64,000 bases of DNA from Rhizophagus irregularis (Eukaryota), in contig NC_089432.1 in assembly GCF_026210795.1 (NCBI RefSeq), positions 2,232,001 to 2,296,000 on the forward strand, read 5' to 3'. Positions within the stretch are counted from its first letter, which is position 1; each line of letters starts with the position of its first letter. Made by a program: the position numbers and the translations under genes. Of the stretch, positions 48,666-59,915 are shown piece after piece. The notes under the pieces are model-generated. The model was given only the letters and a program-made list of their open reading frames with translations. It did no database searches and was not told the DNA's origin.

Positions 48666-49201
48666 CACAGGTCAAAAAGTGAAAAATCAGGCATCAATCA
48701 GTCACCAATCGGTCACCAATCAGGTATCTGATTGGTGACCGATTGGTGCCTGATTGGCATTTTCGCCAAATACCGTCACCAATCAGGCAGTTTGCTAACA
48801 TTTGATCCAGTGATCAGAAAAAGATGAAATATAGCTCATTAGAATCGTCTCAGCAAGACGAATCTAATGGTAGTAAAATCGCATTTCTAGGATTAATACC
48901 TGATGAGAAATTAAGTAAAATATAAAAATAAAAATGTATCATTTATATTTTATTTAATTTTTATTAACTATTAATCCTAGAAATGTGATTTTACTACCAT
49001 TAGATTCGTCTTGTTGAGACGATTCCAATGAGCTATATTTCATCTTTTTCGGATCACTGGATCAAAAGTTAGCAAACTGCCTGATTGGTGATGGTATTTG
49101 GCGAAAATGCCAATCAGGCACCAATCAGTCACCAATCAGTCACCAATCAGCTACCTGATTGGTGACCGATTGGTGCCTGATTTTTCACTTTTCGACCTGT
49201 G
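48666..49201. mobile_element. CACTA/CMC-like foldback MITE (536 bp, nearly fully palindromic)
   Basis: CACAGGTCAAAAAGTGAAAAATCAGGCA ... TGCCTGATTTTTCACTTTTCGACCTGTG; 3-bp TSD GTT; CACCAATC subterminal repeats. Confidence 0.9.
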
Positions 49202-52200
49202 GTTGTTCGATATTTTTATCAATTTCTAAACTTTATTCGTGTAATTTTACATTTTATAAGTCACTATGTAGCCTATTTTTCTCCTTTTCCAGATAAGATT
49301 TAACTTGATCTAGTTTTTTTGTATCGTCTAAACTGTCATACAGTTTTTGTCCATCTTTAACACTAAGCGTTACTCTAGCGTTAACTATATCTGTAAATCT
49401 GTAAACTAATTTTTTGTAATTTGTTATCACTTTCCTTTCTTTTCCGCTAAATTTTATCATAAAATCTAGATCTCGTCTCATATTCGCATTGAAACTATTT
49501 TTTTCTATAACTAATTTGTCCCATGTCTTTAAACATTTTTCTAATTCTATTATTATATTTAATTTAATTTTTACACGTTCACATTCTGACATATTCTTTA
49601 TATCCGTTTCATATTTCTTTTCCCCAATCATTTGTTTATCCTTTACTTCTTTTCTTGTATTTGTTATTTCATTGACTATTATATTCTTAAGAGTTACCCA
49701 CTTCTTATCTATATCTCTTATATCTTCTTTGTTGTTGTTTTCATTTTCATCAATATTCATGTGCTTTTCAATATTGTCTTCAACCTTTTCCGCTATAAGT
49801 TCCCAATCTTTGACTGATAATTTACTTTTGAATATTCCCATATCATTATTGCCTTTGTTGTTTGTTGTGGTTGTCTCATTATCAATTTTAATCGTAATCG
49901 TTAACGCTTTGTGATCTGTCATTAATCTTTCTTCTATATTTAATACTTCATGTTCCTCGATTCTATTTAACAATTCATTATTGACAAAGATATAATCTAT
50001 TCTTGTACATATATTTCCATTTGACCACGTATCCATTGGTTCGTCATTATTAAAATATAGATGTATGTCTATCATATTATTGTCATCTAACATATCAAGA
50101 AATATATTTTTATCTTTTTTCTTGGTGGTTTATCTCCTTTCATTGAAATCTCCCATTACTAGTATTACATCTAGATCATTATGTTTTGCATTAACAATCC
50201 ATTTTTCTACCGTTGTTGTGATTTCGTTCTTACGATTTTTATTGTTTCCAATCATATATATATTTATGATTCTAATTGATCTCTTTTTTCCTTTAAGTAG
50301 TACGTCTATAGATTGCGCATAACCTTCTAATTCTTGGTAATTTATCATGCATAATTTAGTCCAAAGTTTTTGTATAAGTAATTGACTCCCTTTACTTTTA
50401 TCTTCTTCTGCGCTATTATTTCTAATTTTCATATTTTGCCAATCTCTGTATATATACTTTCCTTTTGATTTTTTAATTTTCATTTTGTTGATACCATCTA
50501 TATCCCAATTTTCTTTTTCAATAAATTCTTTTAATTTTTGTTGTTTGTTATTTTTCCCTTTTTCATCGTTTATTCCTCTAATATTTAAACACCCTATTTT
50601 TATTTTGTTGTTGATTTTTGAATTATTTTTACCTTTTTTTGAATTATTTATGTTTTTATTTTTTTTAATATATTGTGTTAAATTTTCTTCATCTTCTAAT
50701 TCGAAATCCATCTCCTCCTCCCTTATTAAAGGTAATGAAGTTGGTTCAATATCTATGTCCATAATGGATGTCGTTCCCTCTTCTTCTGTTATTACCGTAA
50801 TCTTGTCGTCTATAATTGTATCCATTTCCATTTTGTCTAAATCCGTTGGTGTCATTGTTGATGTCATCTTTATTGTATTGGTTGCTTCGTCTTGTATCGA
50901 TGTCTCTTTCGTGCGTGGTTCTATTATATCCATTACACATTGTATTTTTTTAGTTATATAGATTAGTTATATAGATAGTTGCGGTGACTGTTGCGATGTA
51001 CAGTAGTTGCTCATGTAACGTTAGGTTTTTGCAATCAAAATAAATTATAAATTTTAATTTTTAATATATCGCAGATACTGTATATTAAAATTATGATTAT
51101 ACAATGTTTTAAAAAATGATTTTTTTTTAATCATCCCAAATTGGGATTTTTTTATAATAATTTAGTTTAAATTTTATTCATATTGTAATTTTATGTTGAG
51201 TCTTACTACATTGAATTAGTATTATTCCCACTTCTAGATGGCACAGATGAGTCTTTGATTATATTATCGAAACTTTTTATTGCATTAATATCTTTGTCTT
51301 TATAGTGACGAACAAAGGCAGTTCGAACAAATTTAGTAAATTTTGCCATATTAGTATTTGTTTAAAAAGTTCTTATCTGTTGCCAGAAATCCATTGTGCT
51401 AAAACGGCAATCGTCACATTATCATTACTAATAAAGTCAATGATTTCTTGTTGATTTATGACGGTGATCAATTTGCTTTCCCTATATTTTTCTGGATCTG
51501 AATTTATATCTCAAATTTTTTTAGGCCGATCACGAGCCATTTGTAAAAATTGCAGAATAATTATTATAAAACAACACTTATTTATAATTTATTGATAAAC
51601 TTTATACTAATATATTGACATAAATTTTAAATAGTTTATTTATGTTAATAAGCTCATTTAAGGAAAATTAGACTTAAAATAATTAATTCACCGATCAACA
51701 AATTCTAAACTTTATACAATTTCTTTGAATTTTGTAGTTTTTAAAAAAAAAATAATGTCATTTATTTTTAAAAGATTTAATTGTAAGTTATATCAAATTG
51801 TTAATTAACTATAATAAAAGTCTAATAATCTAATTATTATGTTTAATATTATATTATATTTATCATATTAATTATAAAAAAAATCTATTTTCATCTAGTC
51901 ATTATTATTTTTTATCACAATAATTATGGTTTGATACTTTGAACCATTAATGCCTGTCTTCATGTCGTGCATAACTACCAATCAAATTTTAAGATCAGGT
52001 GTGTAACTATTATAACAGATAATGATAAGCTTTTATGTTACGTTACGTTACGTTACTATTATAATAAATTCATATCTTGAGACACGCTAACAATTTCTGT
52101 TTCCCTAATTTTAAACCACTTTATTCACTTCTTTCTCAGCGAAATGCTTCCAAAAAAGCAACTAATAAACATATTTTTAATTTAAGAGCTCGATACATCA

Positions 52201-52480
52201 ATAATAACACTCAATTACAAACTTTAATTATCAATTACTAAAAGTCTAAAATATTTATTATAAACGATCAACACTGCGGATTTCCTCCGGAATTTTTTCG
52301 GGTCGCTCTGATTTTAGAGAAATGTAGTATAATTAATGATCGACAAAATACATTCATGCACAATAGTAATACCTGCTGTAGCACGTAACACAATTGACAT
52401 ACTTAAATGCGCAATCACGTTTTAGTAGAACCAGCCGTAATACTTTCATAAAAAAAAAAAAAACTTTAACAAATTTAACA

Positions 52481-54603
52481 ATGTCTGAACCTATTGTACC
52501 TATAACAGTTACCGGAGTTTCATACAATGAGGATATTAATTGGATTGAAGAAGCTATCGGTAAAAAACATATTAAATATTATGAATTTGAGAACTTTAAC
52601 AATATTGAAGAAATTGGTTCGGGAAGCTTCGGAAAAGTCTATCGTGCGAACTGGAAAAATTCTCATAGTTTTTTAGCTTTGAAATCCTTTTTTAATTTAA
52701 ACAATGCCACAATTAAAGAAATTGTCAATGAGGTAATAATAAACATAAAAAAGTGCATGTCTTTATTATTATAATTCTAAAATTTTAAAATTATACTCAT
52801 GATTTAGCTTAAACTTCAGCGTGAAGTGGATTTCCATGAGAATATTATTCGTTTTTTTGGTGTTACGACAGGTATGATTATTATTTTATTTGTATAATAT
52901 CACTTTGTAAAATTTATCTTAGCGTTAAATGATTTTTTTTTAACAGAAAATCAAAATAGTTATAATGGTAATTCAAAAAATTATTGGTTAGTAATGGAGT
53001 ATGCTAATAATGGTACTCTTCAAGCGTTTTTAAGAAATCATTTTAATATTCTTACTTGGAATGATAAATATAATATGTCACTTCAGTTGGCTCATGCTTT
53101 ATTATGCCTTCATGATGAAGGAATCGTTCATCGTGATCTGGTAATTCATTTACATTTTATTATTTTGTATCATATCATATATGTTAATCAATTAATTTAT
53201 TTGATGTATATTAATAGCACTCTAAAAACGTATTAGTCCATCGAAATACCATTAAGTTGGCTGATTTTGGACTATCAAAAAGAATTGATGAAACATATAA
53301 TTCACGATCAGATTTATTTGGTGTAGTTCCATATATTGATCCAAAAAAATTCGATTTTCATCCATACTCTTTAAACAAAAAAAGTGATATTTATAGTATT
53401 GGAGTGCTTCTGTGGGAGATATCAAGTGGTCAGCCACCATTTAGAGGAAAATCATCTTATAGTTTAATTGTACAAATTCCACAAGGTCTTAGAGAAACAC
53501 CTGTTCCTGATACACCCACCACTTATGTAAATCTTTATACTGGTAAATATTAATTTGAAATGTTATAAAAGTCAATGTATCATTATTCAATCTAATAAAA
53601 TCAATTTTTTTTAGAATGTTGGGATGGAGAGCCGGATAAACGTCCAATTATCAAACAGATAGTTGCTAAGTTAAAAGCATTTATCTTTAATGTGATGATT
53701 GATGAAATAATTAATCTCCCTAATAAGACAGGGGATGAAGTAGAAAAACAAGAAATTCTTAATTATCTTAACAATCATAATGTGACTTCAAATGAAATTT
53801 ATAATTGGTTATTAAATGATCAGAAGAATTCAAATTCTATTGTTCTACTTGCAGCTTTTAATTATTTTGGAATTGAAACTGATATTGATAAGAGAAAAGC
53901 ATTTGAATTATATAAAAAGGCTGCAGATTTAGGAAATGCAGATGGAATAAATGATTTAGGTTATTGTTATCATTGGGGAATTGGAACTGATATTAATAAA
54001 ACAAAGGCATTTGAATTATATCAAAAGGCAGCAGATTTAGGAAATAAATATGGAATGATTGGTTCAGGAATTTGTTATGAATGTGGAATTGAAACTGATA
54101 TTGATAAGAGAAAAGCATTTGAATTATATCAAAATGCTGCAGATTTAGGAAATTCATCTGGAATGTATTATTTAGGATATTGTTATCATTATGGAATTGG
54201 AACTGATATTGATAAGAGAAAAGCATTTGAATTATATCAAAAGGCCGCAGATTTAGGAAATGCATTTGGAATAGATTGGTTAGGATATTGTTATGAAAAT
54301 GGAATTGGAACTGATATTGATAAGAGAAAAGCATTTGAATTATATCAAAAGGCTGCAGAATTAGGAAATGCTAATGGAATAATTAATTTAGGACGTTGTT
54401 ATCAATATGGAATTGGAACTGATATTAATAAAACAAAGGCATTTGAATTATATCAAAAGGCTGCAGATTTAGGAAATGCATTTGGAATAGATTGGTTAGG
54501 ACATTGTTATGAAAATGGAATTGGAACTGATATTGATAAGAGAAAAGCATTTGAATTATATCAAAATTCTGCAGATATAAGGAATGCTAGTGGAATTTCT
54601 TGA
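52481..54603 (+). CDS. Protein kinase with 7 Sel1 repeats, paralogue 4; 5 exons, ~607 aa; terminal capping repeat lost
   Basis: Exons 52481-52732, 52808-52871, 52947-53140, 53218-53542, 53615-54603, total 1824 nt in frame. Degenerate Sel1 DNA continues to ~54880 after the stop. Confidence 0.88.
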
Positions 54604-55607
54604 AAAAAAGACATTTGAATCATATCAAGGACTTGAAGATTTGGGAAATGCATCTGGAATAAATAATTTATAATATTGGTGTAAAAATGATATTGATAAG
54701 CATTTCAATTATGTTAAAGGTAGTATATTTAGAAACAGATAGAATGTATAATTTAGGAAATTAATATGAAAATAGAGTCAAAAATTATATTGATAGAGAA
54801 AAAGTATTTGAATTATTTTAAGGTAGTAAATTTAGAAATTATAAATATATATAGATCAAATAATTTATTCATTTTAAAATCTTACACAAATGAATTTGAA
54901 ATTTTAAAGACTTTGTAATATGCTATCAGTTTTGATGGATGGTGGGAAAAATTGGTTATTTTTATTTTATTTTTTTTTTGTCAAAAAATAATATATTTAT
55001 TTGTAACTATTAATCAATTTTGAACTTATTTTAAATAGGAACTTTTTTACTTTTTTTTAAAATAATTATATCTAAAAATTAGGCTAATTTAAAAGAAATA
55101 AAAAGTACCAAATGTATAAAATAAATTATGTTTTAAATATAATTTATAAGTTCTACTTAATCATAAATGTTACTGAACTTGTAAGGTAAAAATATATATG
55201 ATTTAAAAATGTAACTGGAAAGGTGGTAAAATTAAACAGTAGAAAGAAAATTTGGAGTAAGGTAAATTTACATGTAAATCTTAAATATTTTATGGTGACC
55301 TCTATTAGAAGTAAGCGGGTCCTACTCTAATATTGAAGTAAATCATTTTTATTAATATCATATAATTATTTGTAAAGTAAAAAGCTAGCTAAAATCCAGC
55401 CACCAATACGCAAGATGAAGATTTATGGATTGATTCCATATATCACTAATTATACCCTATATAAAATATCCAACTTCAATATAGCAATTTGTAATCTGTA
55501 GTTAAAAATTTAGCATATTTAAGTGGTGGTTATAAACTAAAATTTAAAATATTCATGTATTAAATCCTTCTAGTATGGTCAATATTGGTGTAGTATCCAT
55601 GGTACTA

Positions 55608-57158
55608 CCCTATAAAAAAATCGGGATACGTTTTTTATAAAGTTTTTATACGATTTTTTTTCCTTAGAAATAACGTATCATAATAGGATATGGAAAAATG
55701 CACAATTCCGTATCACTAAAAATATGGTTTGGATACAGAATTTGCATGGAATTCATATGGAATTTACATGATTTGATCACTGATTTTATCACGAAATTTA
55801 TACGATTTGGTCACTGAATTTACTATTTGTATTACAGTTTACTATAATATATTTACATAAATTTAATTTTACTTTATTAAATTAAATAAAAAATAAAAAA
55901 TAAACAAAATACAAATACATTATGAAAATTCCCTCCTTATTAAAACCACCTATTGCAACCAAAATTATCTATAAGTTCAAGTTCATTTGGAGTCAAACAA
56001 CCTAAAAAAAAAACAAAAAAAAGAAACATAAGAATGTCTAACTTAATTGAAAACAAAACCCCCTTCATATAGTATCTGCAATCGTCCAAGTCACCAAAGG
56101 TCAGCATTCCTACAAAAAAAGAAAGAGAACTCCAGAATGTCTGACCTACATAAATGAAAAGAATTATGAAGCATCTGATGAAAAAGAAACCAAAACAACA
56201 AAATAAATCCAAAACTGACCTACAAAAAAAGAAGACTCTGAAGCAACAAAACTGAAACAACCTACAAAAAGAAAAGAATCTGAACCCAACTTACAAAAAA
56301 AAAAAAGAAAATTTGAACTGACCTAAAAAAAGAAAAAAAATCCTAAACAATCCTACAAAAAGGAAAGGACTCCCAAACTGAATCTGCTGGCCTATGAAAT
56401 AAAAAAAGGGATATATATACAGTATATAAATAAAAAAGAAAGGGGAATAAAGAATAAATCAAAAAAAAATATTTTTTTAAAAAGAGGGTAACGAAGTTAG
56501 GAAAGTTAAAAAAAAAAATTTTTTTTTTAAAGGGAGGACGTCAAAGTTAGAAAAATAAAAAAATTTTTATAAAGAGCAGAAAGAAGAAAATTTTTTTTTT
56601 AAAAAAAAGAAGTGTGGGAATAGTGGGAATAAAAGAATAAAATCAAAAAAAAATTTTTTTTTTTAAGGGAATGACGAAAAAAAAATTTTTTTTTAAAGGA
56701 GAGTGATGAAAAAAAAAATTTTAAAGTGAGGTACGAAAAAAAAATTTTTTTTTAAAAGGAGGGTGATGAAAAAAGAAGATAAATTTAGAAAAAATAACAA
56801 AAATAAGACAAGAGAAAAGAGAAGAAAGGGAAAGACAGAAAGATCAAACTCATCAAAGTAAGGGTTTATATAAAAAACAAAAAACGTATCATAACAAAAC
56901 AATAAACAATAACGTGATCTTGTGTTATGATACGAGATTTTTGTAAAATTATTTTCTAAAAATATTAAGTTTAAAAATTCCGTATACATTCCGTATGATT
57001 AATTTTTTCCGTATACATTTCGTATATATCGGTTTTTTTAAAAAATGTTCAAAAATGAATTGCTTATTAAATATACGGAATTTGTATACGGAAACTATAG
57101 AAACGTACATAAAATGTATACAAAACATATACTTTCCATATACATATTTCTTATAGGG
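55608..57158. mobile_element. Non-autonomous TIR element (1.55 kb)
   Basis: Ends CCCTATAA...TTATAGGG, 3-bp TSD CTA (55605-55607 and 57159-57161), many subterminal ATACG/CGTAT motifs, A-rich non-coding interior. Confidence 0.65.
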
Positions 57159-57519
57159 CTATATTATTTCAAAGCAGGCATTTTGTATAATACTCGGGAT
57201 TCTATACAGTAATTTTCATTTTATAATTGAGTCAGGTTGATAGGATTGTTTTAATTGAATATATATGATTGCGAAAGAGATTATTATAAAAGATGATCAT
57301 CAGTATATGATATACTCCATACAGTATAAATTATGTCTTTTGTTTATAATTGCACCCCATTCGGGTGATCATCAAAGGTTATAACCTTACGATTTATGTC
57401 ACAAATGCATAGGTTATAACCTTATATGGGCGGCCCATGGGCCATAATTTAATGTCACGTGACCCGATTTTTAATTCTGGCCCAACATGCGCAATTTTGG
57501 CATGTTAATTTTGGAACAC

Positions 57520-58420
57520 ATTACATACGCTAATTACTGTACATGTTACCCAAATGTAACATGCGGTGATTCAGACGCATGTTATTCATCCGTAACATGC
57601 GATAAATTGGGCGCATGTTACCCATCTGTAACATGCAGTGATTCAGACGCATGTTACGGATGGGTAATATGCGTTAATTCTGGCGCATGTTACTCATTCA
57701 TAACATGCGCTAATTTGGGCGCATGTTATGCTTCTGTAACATGCGTTAATTCTGGCGCATGTTACTTATCCTTAACATGCGTTAATTCTGGCGCATGTTA
57801 CTCATCCGTAACATGCGTTAATTCTGGCGCATGTTACTCATCCGTAACATGCGTTAATTCAGATGCATGTTACGCTTCTGTAACATGCGTTAATTCTGGC
57901 GCATGTTACTCATCCGTAATATGCATTAATTCTGGCGCATGTTACTCATCTGTAACATGCATTAATTCTGGTGCATGTTACGCATCTGTAACATGCGTTA
58001 ATTCTGACGCATGTTACTCATCCGTAATATGCGTTAATTCTGGCGCATGTTACTCATCTATAACATGCGTTAATTCTAGTGCATGTTACGCTTCTGTAAC
58101 ATGCGTTAATTCTGACGCATGTTACTCATCCGTAATATGCGTTAATTCTGGTGCATGTTACGCTTCTGTAACATGCGTTAATTCTGGCGCATGTTACTCA
58201 TCTGTAATATGCGTTAATTCTAGCGCATGTTACTCATCCGTAACATGCGTTAATTCTAGTGCATGTTACGCTTCTGTAACATGCGTTAATTCTGGCGCAT
58301 GTTACTCATCCGTAACATGCGTTAATTCTGGCGCATGTTACTCATCCGTAATATGCGTTAATTCTGGCGCATATTACTCATCCTGTAATCATGCGCTAAT
58401 TTGGGTACATGTTACTGGCG
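57520..58420 (+). repeat. 36-bp tandem repeat, left arm (23 core units plus flanking variants)
   Basis: Unit GTAACATGCG-TTAATTCTGG-CGCATGTTAC-TCATCC. Confidence 0.95.
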
Positions 58421-59269
58421 CATGTTTCCTACAGTAACATGCAGTAACTCTAGTTCATATTCCTTACTGTAACATACAGTGATTTTAGTACATATTTTTA
58501 TATCCAAAATACCAAATATTTAATACTGAGTATTACCAAAATCAATGCATATTATATTATAGAATATTGCATATTATGCATTAGAAATATATATAACTTT
58601 ATTAAAGATGGCCATTTTTTTAAAATCAAAAAAATAATAAAACAATAAAAATAACAAAAAAAAAATAAACAAAAAAAAATAAACAAAAAAAAAATAAATA
58701 AACAAAAAAAAAATAAACAAAAAAAAAAATAAACAAAAAAAACAATAAAAAAAAAAAATAAACAAAATAAAATAAAAATAACAAAAAACAAATGATTTGC
58801 ATAGTATATTTTAAAATTTATAAGTAATTAATTTTATGATCATGTAAATCACTTTACTGATGCAAATATAATAATCATTTGTTTTTTCTTATTCCTATAT
58901 ATTTAATTTTTTCTTTTTCATTTTTCATTTTTTTTATTTTTTTTTTTGTTAATTTTATTTTTTTTTATTAATTTTATTTTTTTTTATAATTTTATTTTTT
59001 TTTTGTTTATTTTTTTTTTGTTTATTTTTTTTGTTATTTTTATTGTTTTATTATTTTTTTGATTTTAAAAAAATGGCCATCTTTAATAAAGTTATATATA
59101 TTTCTAATGCATAATATGCAATATTCTATAATATAATATGCATTGATTTTGGTAATACTCAGTATTAAATATTTGGTATTTTGGATATAAAAATATGTAC
59201 TAAAATCACTGTATGTTACAGTAAGGAATATGAACTAGAGTTACTGCATGTTACTGTAGGAAACATGCG

Positions 59270-59915
59270 CCAGTAACATGTACCCAAATTAGCGCATGTT
59301 ACGGATGAGTAATATGCGCCAGAATTAACGCATATTACGGATGAGTAACATGCGCCAGAATTAACGCATGTTACGGATGAGTAACATGCGCCAGAATTAA
59401 CGCATGTTACAGAAGCGTAACATGCACTAGAATTAACGCATGTTACGGATGAGTAACATGCGCTAGAATTAACGCATATTACAGATGAGTAACATGCGTC
59501 AGAATTAACGCATGTTACAGAAGCGTAACATATACCAGAATTAACGCATGTTACAGATGAGTAACATGCGCCAGAATTAACGCATATTACGGATGAGTAA
59601 CATGCGCCAGAATTAATGCATGTTACAGAAGCGTAACATGCATCAGAATTAACGCATGTTACGGATGAGTAACATGCACCAGAATTAACGCATGTTACAA
59701 AAGCGTACCATGCGTCCAAATTAGCGCATGTTATGAATGAGTAACATGTGCTAGAATTAACGCATATTACCCATCCGTAACATGCGTCTGAATCACTGCA
59801 TGTTACAGATGGGTAACATGCGCCCAATTTATCGCATGTTACGGATGAATAACATGCGTCTGAATCACCGCATGTTACATTTGGGTAACATGTACAGTAA
59901 TTAGCGCATGTAACG
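59270..59915 (-). repeat. 36-bp tandem repeat, right arm (16 core units plus flanking variants)
   Basis: Reverse complement of the left-arm array with 7 fewer core units. Confidence 0.95.

Larger units (their letters stand above)
42577..50932 (-). mobile_element. Decayed 5'-truncated LINE (APE-RT-RH-zinc fragments) with six nested MITEs
   Basis: Poly(A) tail as T20 at 42577-42596; TSD TTACACATT(A/G)TA (42565-42576 and 50933-50944). Fragments include GCLNIRG/MGDFN, TRIDYIF..TDH, DISKAYD/GIDQG/AFMDD and KCPRC..ESWNHL, with many stops and frameshifts. Confidence 0.88.

Noticed and set aside
50130..50933. ATG at 50933 as the true start of the decayed LINE ORF2
   Set aside because: The ATG overlaps the TSD boundary, so the element appears 5'-truncated here.
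55940..58791. Phe-rich minus-strand ORFs (55940, 56693, 58552, 58574)
   Set aside because: They are products of A-rich tracts within non-coding transposon interiors.
57520..59915. 36-bp palindromic repeats resembling a CRISPR array
   Set aside because: Units are directly tandem with no unique spacers, no cas genes are present, and the context is eukaryotic.
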